DNA of 33,466 bases from Myxococcota bacterium (GTDB taxonomy: Bacteria; Myxococcota_A; Polyangia; Polyangiales; Houyiibacteriaceae). The notes beneath the pieces are model-generated. The model was not told where the DNA came from, did no database searches, and saw nothing but the letters and a program-made list of their open reading frames with translations. The position numbers and the translations under genes were made by a program. The stretch is from contig JBCCEA010000038.1 in NCBI GenBank assembly GCA_039030515.1, positions 1 through 33,466 on the forward strand. Reading direction: 5' to 3'. Numbering within the stretch: the stretch's first letter is position 1; the number at the start of each line of letters is the position of its first letter. Shown here piece after piece: positions 8,572 to 17,285 of the stretch.

Positions 8572-9519
8572 TCAGGGAAATGTCGCCGCGACCGCCCGAT
8601 TTCGACCCGCGGACTTCGCCGCGTAGAGCGCTTCATCCGCAGCCGCCAGCATGGACGAGACATCCGAATACGGGGTCGTGATGGTCCAAATAGCGAAACC
8701 TACACTGGTGGTCACCCGTATTTCCTGACTTTCCCAAGGTAAGGAGAGCTGTTCCACAGTGCGCCGGCATCGATCTGCCACGATCGCGGCGTTGCGAGGA
8801 TCGATGCCTCGGGCAAGGACACAAAACTCTTCTCCACCGTAGCGGGCCACCAGATCTTCCGCGCGGAGCATCCGTTCCAGGGCTTTGCCAACGACACGAA
8901 GAACTGCGTCCCCTGCCGGATGCCCGAAGGTATCGTTGACGTTCTTGAAGTGGTCCACGTCTAGGAGGAGCACCGCGAGCGGCGTTGCATGGCGCTTGGC
9001 GTAGGAAAACTCTGACTGAAGACGTTCGTCGAGGTGCCGGCGGTTGTAGAGTCGCGTCAGTGGGTCTTTGACCGACGACTCCCAAACGCGCATCGCGGCC
9101 CGCTGTTCGACCACATCGTGCAGATGAAATCGGAGCAGCGTGTTTCTGCCCATCTGAATGCGATCTCCATCTTGCAGCACCTGTGAACCTCGAAGTCGGC
9201 GTCCGCCAACCCAGGTTCCATTGGTGCTGCCGAGATCCTCGATGATGAATCGATCTTGAACTTTTCGGATCTTCGCGTGACGACGAGAAAGACCGGAGTC
9301 ATCGATCCGGCAAGAAGCTTCCGTGCCTCGACCGAGCACCATTTCCTCATCGGTCATCATATACACGGCGTCTGAAACCGGTCCGGCAAGCACGGTGAGG
9401 GTACATCGGTCGCGTTCGGGCGCGGCACTGTTGACCTCGGGAGCGTCCGCAAGCGTAACGATTTGCTGCGTGTCCTGATCCCCTCCACCTGGAAATTCCG
9501 GAGGATCGTAACGCTGCAT
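8572..9519 (-). CDS. FHA-domain diguanylate cyclase
   Basis: FHA motifs LGR..SRRHA..DLGSTNGT; DPLTRLYNRR, DVDHFKNVNDTFGHPAGD, RAED I-site, RYGGEEF, ADEALYAAKSAGRN; start at ATG 9519. Confidence 0.93.
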   Translation of the reverse strand: MQRYDPPEFPGGGDQDTQQIVTLADAPEVNSAAPERDRCTLTVLAGPVSDAVYMMTDEEMVLGRGTEASCRIDDSGLSRRHAKIRKVQDRFIIEDLGSTNGTWVGGRRLRGSQVLQDGDRIQMGRNTLLRFHLHDVVEQRAAMRVWESSVKDPLTRLYNRRHLDERLQSEFSYAKRHATPLAVLLLDVDHFKNVNDTFGHPAGDAVLRVVGKALERMLRAEDLVARYGGEEFCVLARGIDPRNAAIVADRCRRTVEQLSLPWESQEIRVTTSVGFAIWTITTPYSDVSSMLAAADEALYAAKSAGRNRAVAATFP

Positions 9520-9589
9520 CGGATGAACGCTCGAACTCACACCAAATAAAGACGACAGAATCGCGGCGACTTGAAGGGTAGCCCCATAT

Positions 9590-10105
9590 CTAGCTTTGTT
9601 CGAGAAGGCCGATAAACGGGAGATTACGGAATCTTTGGTCGCGATCGAGGCCGTATCCGACGACGAACACATCTTCGACGGTGAATCCCAGGTAGTCGAT
9701 CCGAACCTCCGCTTGCGTTCTGGAGGGTTTATGAAGCAACGAAGCGACTTTGATACTATTGGGGCCGCGCGTTCCGAGATTTTCCATCAAATACTGCATC
9801 GTCAAACCAGTATCGACGATATCTTCTACGACGATCACGTCCTTGCCTTGAATCGGTTCGGAGAGATCGCTGGTGATCTGAACCACACCGGTGGATGCCG
9901 TTCCTTCGTAGCTTCGTAAGCCGAGAAATTCGACGGTTACCTTGCCCTGGATTGCCCTACACAGATCGGCGGCAAAGATGAAACTACCCTTCAGGATAAC
10001 TATCAGCACTACCCCGTCTGGATGATCCTCCTGGATCGCGCGACCGAGTTCGCAAACCCTTTGGGAAATCCGTTCGGCGTCGATGAGCGTGCGCACATGC
10101 TCCAT
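9590..10105 (-). CDS. hpt: Hypoxanthine(-guanine) phosphoribosyltransferase
   Basis: ILKGSFIFAADL, VEDIVDTGLT PRPP-binding loop, FVVGYGLD..RNLPFI. Confidence 0.95.
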   Translation of the reverse strand: MEHVRTLIDAERISQRVCELGRAIQEDHPDGVVLIVILKGSFIFAADLCRAIQGKVTVEFLGLRSYEGTASTGVVQITSDLSEPIQGKDVIVVEDIVDTGLTMQYLMENLGTRGPNSIKVASLLHKPSRTQAEVRIDYLGFTVEDVFVVGYGLDRDQRFRNLPFIGLLEQS

Positions 10106-10130
10106 CACTAGGACGATACCTGAGTTGTCA

Positions 10131-11822
10131 TTAGGCCCCGGGTTGAAATACGACCGGAAAACTCAGGGGCGTCACGTTTCCTGCGGAAGGGAATCGCCAT
10201 CTACGTACAGCGCCCTCGATGCAGGTGTTGAGAGAGCCGATCCCATTGCCCTTGGCACGGACCATGGTCACCGTCCCTCCCATGCTCACCGTGGCTTCGA
10301 CGTTGATTCGGGTGGCGGGAGGACTTCCGATGCCGCGGATCGCTTGCTCATAACATCGCTGAAGTGCAGGTCTGTTTCGCCCTACAACCGTTCGAAGCTG
10401 AGCAGCGGAGAGTCCCTCGCCACGCGGCGCATTCGCACCACCAGTGTTCGCGCCCCTAGGGACCCGAACATTTCCCGGAAGTCGATCGGCGCCCTCAGCA
10501 AAGCGCGCCAGTCGGGCTTCTTCCTGGGCCGACAACGTAGAAGTAGCAGACGGAGACGAAGCACTGATTGCGGAAGAATCCCCGGAGCTCCGGTTTCTCT
10601 TCGCGAGGTTTGCAGCATTGTTTCTTCGACCGCGTTTCTGGACAGGCGCGGCAGTAGTATCCCTTTCGGAACCGAACGCCTGCCCCTCGTCAAGGCCATC
10701 AATCACCGGAACCGCGGAGCGAGCGGCTTGATCCTTGGTAGGCACGGTGGCCACGGAAGCGGGCTGTGGAGGCGAGGACTCAGGTTCAGGAATCAATCGG
10801 GGCGCAAGCAGTACCGCGAGCGCAACACCGAAAGAACCCGAGCCGACGATTCCCATCCACGCTCCGATCGGTAGGGGACGTCGCTGAGACACTGCGGGTA
10901 CGGAGGCAGAGACCGATTCGACCGGCAAGGAGTCAAGACGGCCAGACGACTCTTTAGACTCGGTCTGGTTTGCTGCTGGAGCATCCTTGGAGTGAACCGG
11001 CAGGGACGCGGAGATATCGGCGTCGACGTCTTCCTCGAAAGACTGACCCGACCCAGCGAGCGAAACGGGCAATACGGAATCGAAGGCCTCTTCGTTCTGC
11101 TCGAGGCTCACTTTATCCGCAGAGCCGCGGTGCGTTTCGCTAGTTTCGTTCTTCCCGATGCCAGTTTTGTTCTTCCCGATGAACGGGTTCTCTTCGACGA
11201 GCGTAGCAGTGCCTTCCAGTCGGCTTGCGATGGGGATCACATTGTCGATTTGACTCCTGTTCTCCCCCCCGACGCCCCCCAAACCCGTGATTTCGACCCC
11301 GTTCGCAGTAGCGGCACCCTTGCTATGTGATTGTTTTGGAGCGGATGGCTTTGCTACGTTTCGCCTCAATCCAGCGGACGTGCCCGCTGGCGATACATTG
11401 GGCTTCGGAGGGGGAGACGGCAGCTTGTGGATGAGGGCAGAGAGCTCTTCTACGTCTCGCAAAGGGCGCCAATCCTCGAAACCTTCGCGCCAAACTAGGG
11501 AGTCTCCGCTCGCATCTCCGGCCTGGATTTGGTGGCGAATCTGAGATCTAGTCACCGGCCCAACAGGCACGTCCCGAATGGCGATGTGCCATGCTTCTAC
11601 CAGCGCCGTGGAGGCTGCTGGAACTTGATTTCCCCTCGATCTCCGAGCCCCAGCGCCCATGCCGGATACGGACGGGCTTTTCGAATTCGACCTCATGGTA
11701 TCTCCGCTGCGTATGACGATTTCGTGACCACACTTGCGACACGTCATACGCAATGTGCGACCCATAATCTTCTCGTCGGCGATTTGATATTTTGCCTTAC
11801 ATTTTTCGCAAAGAAACTTCAT
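10131..11822 (-). CDS. AgmX/GltJ-like protein: zinc ribbon + GYF_2 + disordered linker + TM + TonB_C-like C-terminal domain
   Basis: MKFLCEKCKAKYQIADEK..CRKCG zinc ribbon; W.....VGP....I..G....DSLVWREGFEDWRPL GYF_2; TM WMGIVGSGSFGVALAVLL; LQRCYEQA..CIEGAVRRWRFP..FPVVF. Confidence 0.85.
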   Translation of the reverse strand: MKFLCEKCKAKYQIADEKIMGRTLRMTCRKCGHEIVIRSGDTMRSNSKSPSVSGMGAGARRSRGNQVPAASTALVEAWHIAIRDVPVGPVTRSQIRHQIQAGDASGDSLVWREGFEDWRPLRDVEELSALIHKLPSPPPKPNVSPAGTSAGLRRNVAKPSAPKQSHSKGAATANGVEITGLGGVGGENRSQIDNVIPIASRLEGTATLVEENPFIGKNKTGIGKNETSETHRGSADKVSLEQNEEAFDSVLPVSLAGSGQSFEEDVDADISASLPVHSKDAPAANQTESKESSGRLDSLPVESVSASVPAVSQRRPLPIGAWMGIVGSGSFGVALAVLLAPRLIPEPESSPPQPASVATVPTKDQAARSAVPVIDGLDEGQAFGSERDTTAAPVQKRGRRNNAANLAKRNRSSGDSSAISASSPSATSTLSAQEEARLARFAEGADRLPGNVRVPRGANTGGANAPRGEGLSAAQLRTVVGRNRPALQRCYEQAIRGIGSPPATRINVEATVSMGGTVTMVRAKGNGIGSLNTCIEGAVRRWRFPSAGNVTPLSFPVVFQPGA

Positions 11823-11841
11823 CCGAGTGCATGTTTCCTAT

Positions 11842-13344
11842 CTAAAATAGGTTCCTTAGATGGTCTTTGATTCCTCTTTTGGTTTCTTCGTCTGGAGCGT
11901 TCGCAAGGGCTCGTTCCCACATTTCGACTGCCTTGTGTTTGAAACCCGCGCGCTGGTAGAGGATGGCTAGATTTCGAACGGACGAGAAGTTTTGAGGCTG
12001 AAGATCACTCGCGGTTTCGAGCTCGTGTATGGCCTCGAAAAGCTGCTCCTCCCGTCCTAGTAGGAGGCCGAGGTGATAGTGGAGCTCAAACGACAGCGGG
12101 TCAATGTGAAGGCCTTCACGCAAAGACGCCATCGCAGTTTTGGCATCTCCCGACTTATAGGCATCGATACCTTTTTGAAGCAGTTTTGCGACGTCTTCCG
12201 CTGTCTCAGAAGCGGCCTGGAGCGCCGTACCTCCCTGCATCGCCTTCTCCACGGCTGCCAGAATATGGCTTATTTTGAAGGGCTTCTCGACAAATGCATC
12301 CACGCCGAAACTCGTACGCAAGTCTTCTGCGACCCGCCATCCACGATAGATGGCGCTCACCATGACGATCGGGATATCCCCATAGCGCTGGCTCCCTTTG
12401 AGACGTCGACAAAGGTCGAATCCGTGGACTTCAGGCAGCATCGCGTCGAGTAGGATAAGGTCTAGTTGTTCTGTACGTATCACTTCAAGTGCATGTGACC
12501 CGTTGTCGGCCTCGAGAACCTGGAATCCTTGCTCGGCGAGAACTCTTTTGAGAAGACGTCGGATATCCTGCTCATCATCGACCACCAATACCGTCCGGGA
12601 TCGTCGGGCGAGAACGTCATCCGAGGTCGAACGACCAGAAGCGACTCCCCGCAGGCCCGATGAGGCAGCTGAGGATACGCTTCTTGAATCGGTCTGAAGC
12701 TCGTCGATGTTCATATCTTCAGGCGATTTAGCTTCAGTGACCACTCCGACTGAGGAGCGAAAGACAGGCTGCAAAAGACCAGACTCGGCAGGGTTCGGCG
12801 AACCTTCTGCTGCAAGTCCCAAGGATACAAGGTAGTCTTCCGGCGCATTCGGACCGATATAGTTGGACGCTCCACGTTCACGCATCGAGTAAGCCTCTTC
12901 GATCACCGAGGTGATCGTTTCTTTTAAGGCTACGTACGAGAAGACCTTTCTACCCGTAACGAACTCGATTTCGTCGATAACCCTGCGATCTCCGGGATCT
13001 GCCATGGCGAGGAACAAATGCTCCGTTTTGATCAATATCGGCAGGATCAAGTGCTGCACGGCAATTTGACGTGGAATGATCGCCAGATTCTCCAGCGGCA
13101 CCACGATCTGTTCCAAGTCGATGCCTGGGAGCCCGTATCGCTCGCTAAGTGCGCGTAGCGGACTCAGATCGCACGTACTGGCATCCTTTTTTTTTGCTAC
13201 CGGACCTGGCACATCGGACTCAGACGGCGCAGCAGTGACGATACTGGGACCGCTCAGCAGCTCATCGAGCTGACGGTCTTCAGCGGCTTTCCGCTTGAGC
13301 GGAACCTTACCTAGTTGCTTTTTTTCCGTGGGTATACTCCCCAT
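11842..13344 (-). CDS. Response regulator with T2SSE_N (GspE/MshE N-terminal-like) domain, REC domain and C-terminal TPRs
   Basis: LSERYGLPGIDL..IPRQIAVQHLILP..LFLAMADP.D..IDEIEFVTG; VLVVDDE..LILLDAMLP..PIVMVSA..VEKPF; TPR-like HYHLGLLL, RNLAILY..WERAL. Confidence 0.88.
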   Translation of the reverse strand: MGSIPTEKKQLGKVPLKRKAAEDRQLDELLSGPSIVTAAPSESDVPGPVAKKKDASTCDLSPLRALSERYGLPGIDLEQIVVPLENLAIIPRQIAVQHLILPILIKTEHLFLAMADPGDRRVIDEIEFVTGRKVFSYVALKETITSVIEEAYSMRERGASNYIGPNAPEDYLVSLGLAAEGSPNPAESGLLQPVFRSSVGVVTEAKSPEDMNIDELQTDSRSVSSAASSGLRGVASGRSTSDDVLARRSRTVLVVDDEQDIRRLLKRVLAEQGFQVLEADNGSHALEVIRTEQLDLILLDAMLPEVHGFDLCRRLKGSQRYGDIPIVMVSAIYRGWRVAEDLRTSFGVDAFVEKPFKISHILAAVEKAMQGGTALQAASETAEDVAKLLQKGIDAYKSGDAKTAMASLREGLHIDPLSFELHYHLGLLLGREEQLFEAIHELETASDLQPQNFSSVRNLAILYQRAGFKHKAVEMWERALANAPDEETKRGIKDHLRNLF

Positions 13345-13663
13345 GGCGGGACGCGTGCCTGATCCTAAGAGTGCTGTTTCGAGAGGCCCGCCGCGAGCAC
13401 ATTCGAGCTTCGAAACGATAGCTTGGAGCGAAATCGACGCTCATCTACTAGAATACCTTCCACCGCGTCCGGTGTTCAATGGTGATCCCAGCGTAAATAC
13501 TTGACGCGTGTCGCCAGTCTATTCCCGAGAACCTTCGGAATATATTCTGAGTGCGGTCATGGCTTTCGAACGGTCACTGTTTGGCAGAGCTTTTGCGTGC
13601 GCTGATCTACCGATGCTCTGACATCCGCCCACGTCCCGGTAGCGGCAGACACAAAGGCAGAAC

Positions 13664-14182
13664 TCACATACCGGTCAGAATACTGAACGTTCCGGTCGAA
13701 CCGTCCATGGCCAACACAACCCGGTTGTCACCGAGGCGTCGCACCCAGCGCTGTTCCCCATCGGCATCGGTCACCTGAAAGCTCGCGGTGTATCGATAGG
13801 TCACGTAGACCTTGCGGTCTTCACGCCATTCGATGTCCCGGTAGCGAATCTCGTATCGACAATCGACGATCGAATCGTTCCATTCCGAAAGATTGACCCG
13901 CAGCGTATCGTAATCGAGATCGTCATCGCCGCGGGGCGTCCCATTGTCGTCATAGTATGATGCGGCTGCCATCCCGAGGAGCACGTCTACATCACGGTCT
14001 TCCACCGCATGGCGATAGCGCTCCATGAACTCGAGGACCTCACGGTTGCCGTCGTTGTCTTCGACGGAGGTGTTCGGAATCATCGTCGCGCCACATCCTA
14101 CGTGAAACAGGAAGATGGCCGGGAGAAGCGAGCGAGGAAAGACCGGGACTTGAACAAACGGAATTCGCATCAGAACCTGCAT
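13664..14182 (-). CDS. Lipoprotein with NTF2/SnoaL-like domain
   Basis: Hydrophobic stretch ending in HVGC lipobox; VLEFMERYRHAVEDRDVDVLLGMAAASYYDD NTF2-like start; ATG overlaps upstream stop (TAATG); ATG 14170 alternative. Confidence 0.75.
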   Translation of the reverse strand: MQVLMRIPFVQVPVFPRSLLPAIFLFHVGCGATMIPNTSVEDNDGNREVLEFMERYRHAVEDRDVDVLLGMAAASYYDDNGTPRGDDDLDYDTLRVNLSEWNDSIVDCRYEIRYRDIEWREDRKVYVTYRYTASFQVTDADGEQRWVRRLGDNRVVLAMDGSTGTFSILTGM

Positions 14183-14976
14183 TATAGATTGAAGACGAGC
14201 ACATCGTAAAACGCGTGAGTATAGACCGCGACGGCAAAGCCGCGAAAAGCGTAGACCCAAGCGAGATAGACGCCCGCCAACGCGCGGAAGGTAAAACTGG
14301 CGAGAGCAAACGTATCTCCGAGGGGTCCCAGATAGTGCACCGTAGAAAAGGCCAAAGAGGAGGCCAACGTCGCACCCCAAAAGGCATAGGGCCTCGCGCA
14401 CGCATTGCGGCGTAAAAGAGCGATCGAGCCGCCGAACAACATCACCCGGAAGACCAGCTCCTCATGGAAGCCAGCTCCGGCAGCCATGACGATCTTGGTC
14501 AGCGGAGAAGATCGAGTAGGTTCTCTCGGGATGGCCAAAGGATCAGAGATTCGGGGAACCTCATCGAAGAAAAGCGCATTTGGCACGATACGCGCCGTAA
14601 TCCAGCCCACGCCTAGCCACATCACCACCGCAAAGATGGTGCTTTCGAACCAAACCCAGGACATGCGACGAATGCGGACGATCCCTCGCTGCCCTCGGCT
14701 CCTAGCGATCCAGGCGAGCAGGGCGCAAAAGAGCAAGGAAACCACGGCATAGGCGGCAAGCGAGTAGTCGACGAGCTTAAGCAGCGTCGAGGTGAGGAAG
14801 TCGGCTCCATTGCGTATCGGCACGATCAGGATGCCTAGGTGGTAGACGAGGAGGACGGGGAACGTGAGCGCGAGATCGCCGAGCGGGTCTGGTTTTTGCC
14901 TTAAACGAAAGGGCCCTCCTTCACGGACCGAAGGAGCTTGAAACTTTGGACCGCGGTGTTCTTCTTGCCTAAGCAC
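14182..14976 (-). CDS. CPBP (CAAX/Abi-type) intramembrane glutamic endopeptidase
   Basis: AGFHEELVFR, FSTVHY, HAFYD motifs and multiple TM helices. Confidence 0.9.
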   Translation of the reverse strand: MLRQEEHRGPKFQAPSVREGGPFRLRQKPDPLGDLALTFPVLLVYHLGILIVPIRNGADFLTSTLLKLVDYSLAAYAVVSLLFCALLAWIARSRGQRGIVRIRRMSWVWFESTIFAVVMWLGVGWITARIVPNALFFDEVPRISDPLAIPREPTRSSPLTKIVMAAGAGFHEELVFRVMLFGGSIALLRRNACARPYAFWGATLASSLAFSTVHYLGPLGDTFALASFTFRALAGVYLAWVYAFRGFAVAVYTHAFYDVLVFNL

Positions 14977-15045
14977 TCTATGCTTTTGTCAAACACGTCC
15001 GAACACGCGGGACCTGCCGGTTCCATGGGTTCGCCGATTCATCGG

Positions 15046-15543
15046 TTAGGCAAACGCGACGAGCAGCGCTCCACCTTCGACGCTTTGCCCCTCCGATACG
15101 CTCACGCGGGCTATCTTCCCTCCGCTCTGGGCTCGGAGCTCGTTTTCCATCTTCATCGCCTCTACAACCACCAGCGCCTGTCCCTCGACGACTTCTTCAC
15201 CCTCCGCAACCAGCACCTTCACTACCCTGCCGGGCATGGGCGCCCGTAGTTCCTTCGCGGTGCCGTCCGCACTTGAATCTGAGCGACGCCGACGTCTATT
15301 TCGCTCATTCAGCACCCGAACCGAAGCGCGCGTTCCACCGGAGGCAACCCGCAGGTCCGGCGATGGGCCGCCCACCATCAAATCGACAACCTTACCGTCC
15401 GCGATGAGATTCACCCCCCCAGGCACCGGTTGAATGTCCGCTTCCACCTGCCTTCCGGAGATTGAAACCTGCACTGAATTTCCTTCAGTGACCTGTACAT
15501 CCAACTCGATCTCTTCCCCAGCAACTTGCACCGAGTATCTCAT
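15046..15543 (-). CDS. Biotin carboxyl carrier (biotin/lipoyl attachment) subunit of an acyl-CoA carboxylase
   Basis: APMPGRVVKVLV..G..VVVEAMKMENEL..G.I..V.V..GQSVE with biotinylated MKM. Confidence 0.92.
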   Translation of the reverse strand: MRYSVQVAGEEIELDVQVTEGNSVQVSISGRQVEADIQPVPGGVNLIADGKVVDLMVGGPSPDLRVASGGTRASVRVLNERNRRRRRSDSSADGTAKELRAPMPGRVVKVLVAEGEEVVEGQALVVVEAMKMENELRAQSGGKIARVSVSEGQSVEGGALLVAFA

Positions 15544-15590
15544 GGGCCCTTTCTGTACGAGTTGTAAGCAAGATGCAATCGCTGCTAGCC

Positions 15591-16146
15591 CGAAGCGACG
15601 AGCATGGGAAGTAAGCAGGCGTTCAGGCCTAGCGAGTAACCCCTCAGCGGGCCTAGGTTGGTCGAAACAGCCAGCGCCCCGGAAGCAACGAGGAGGAGGG
15701 TACTTAATGGTACCTGACGACGAGGCGCGAGACGGTAAGCGGCTCTATGGCGTGCGTTTGTCGCAACCCCCGCGGCCGTCCAGGTGCGTCAGAGCGCCAG
15801 CGCCCCCCCCGGCACGCCTCGCTACGCCTGAACGCCCGCTTTCCTCCCATGCTCGACGTTCGAAGTATCGCTAATACTCCTTCACGTCTGCGCGTGCGGG
15901 GCGCTGGCCGTTCAAACCCATCGAGACGCGCCGGGCCGAGGAGGACGACCGTACTTCTTGGTACCTGACGACGAGGCGCGAGACGGTAAGCGGCTCTATG
16001 GCGTGCGTTTGTCGCAACCCCCGCGGCCGTCCAGGTGCGTCAGAGCGCCAGCGCCCTCGAAGCGCAGGAGCGAAGGCGTACTCTTGGTACGTTGAGCGAC
16101 GAGCATCGAAGGTAAGCGGCTCTATGGCGTGCCTGGGCGGTCGCGG
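15591..16146. repeat. Cluster of full, partial, inverted and chimeric copies of the hairpin repeat family
   Basis: Exact 98-bp direct repeat 15708-15805 / 15959-16056; 15591-15636 is an imperfect inverted copy of 15818-15862; full 126-bp unit with inverted arms at 16021-16146; left arm at 15645 nearly identical to 26-59. Confidence 0.9.
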
Positions 16147-16175
16147 CTCAGGTGAACAACTGCTAGCGTCCAGCA

Positions 16176-17258
16176 ATGCACCTAGGTCGCGGCACTCAGG
16201 GCCTGGTCCTTTTGGCCGCCCTTGTGGTGATCATCGCTGGGCTGAAGCTTGCGCAACCGATCGTGGTGCCGCTGCTGCTTGCGGGATTTATATCGACGAT
16301 CAACGCCCCGCTTGTGGGCTGGCTTACGCGAGCTGGATGGCCCTATGCGGCCGCGGTTGCTTTTGTCGTGCTCGCTACCTTGGCCGCGTTCATCACGCTC
16401 GTAAGCCTGGTGGGAGGTTCGGTAAACGCGTTTTATTCTAATCTGCCCGACTACCAGAGCCGGCTTGCCGAATACGATCGAGCGATTCGAGAAGTGCTCG
16501 ATTCCGCTGGCATTCCACTCACGGAGGAGAGCGTCGAAGACGTGCTCAATTCCAGCTGGATCATGGGCATGGTCGGGCAGTTTCTGCGCCGCACTGCCTC
16601 CGCCTTTTCCGATTTACTGCTCGTGCTGCTGATCGTCGTTTTTGTGCTTCTTGAGGGCGCGGGCCTGCGGACGAAGATCTTGCTTCTCTCGCACGAGCCC
16701 AATGCACCTCAGGTCATGCACCATGCGGCTCTTGAGATCGGCAAGTACCTGATGGTGAAGACGGTGACGAGCCTTGCGACGGGCGTGCTCGTCGGCGTTT
16801 GGGTTGGGACCTGGGGTCTCGACCTCCCCCTTGTGTGGGGGACGCTCGCCTTCGTGCTGAACTACATACCGACGCTTGGCAGTATCATCGCCTCGATTCC
16901 GGCGCTATTGCTCTCGCTGCTTCAGTTCTCGCCCGTGGCAACCCTCGGGATCGCAACCGGCTATCTTGCGGTCAATTTCATCATCGGCAGCATCATCGAA
17001 CCGCGTATCTTGGGACGCGCCTTGGGCTTGTCGCCACTCGTCGTCTTCTTATCGATGGTATTTTGGGGCTGGATGCTGGGTCCGGTTGGCGCGTTTCTCT
17101 CGGTTCCTTTGACGATGGTCGCGAAGATCTACTTCGCACACACGAGCGATTTGAAGTGGATCGCATTGCTGCTGGCCACCGCACGCAGCGCCGAGGAGAT
17201 CGCGACCATCAAGACCGACCCTCCTCCAAAACCTGCTGCTGGACACGACGCCACCTAA
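16176..17258 (+). CDS. AI-2E family (PerM/YhhT-like) transporter
   Basis: IVVPLLLA, WGTLAFVLNYIPTLGSIIA, IIEPRILGRALGLSPLVVFLSMVFWGWMLGPVGAFLSVPLT. Confidence 0.93.
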   Translation: MHLGRGTQGLVLLAALVVIIAGLKLAQPIVVPLLLAGFISTINAPLVGWLTRAGWPYAAAVAFVVLATLAAFITLVSLVGGSVNAFYSNLPDYQSRLAEYDRAIREVLDSAGIPLTEESVEDVLNSSWIMGMVGQFLRRTASAFSDLLLVLLIVVFVLLEGAGLRTKILLLSHEPNAPQVMHHAALEIGKYLMVKTVTSLATGVLVGVWVGTWGLDLPLVWGTLAFVLNYIPTLGSIIASIPALLLSLLQFSPVATLGIATGYLAVNFIIGSIIEPRILGRALGLSPLVVFLSMVFWGWMLGPVGAFLSVPLTMVAKIYFAHTSDLKWIALLLATARSAEEIATIKTDPPPKPAAGHDAT

Positions 17259-17285
17259 AGTTCGGTCCCTGATGCCGCGGGTCGC

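Noticed and set aside
13345..13663. ncRNA or small gene in a 320-bp intergenic gap
   Set aside because: No recognisable RNA motif, convincing stem or ORF with SD
15591..16146. CRISPR array
   Set aside because: Units are ~100-126 bp, irregular, partly inverted, with no unique equal-length spacers and no cas genes
15747..16176. Short ORFs sharing MACVCRNPRGRPGASERQRP or HAIEPLT
   Set aside because: Translations of the DNA repeat; no evidence for peptide precursors
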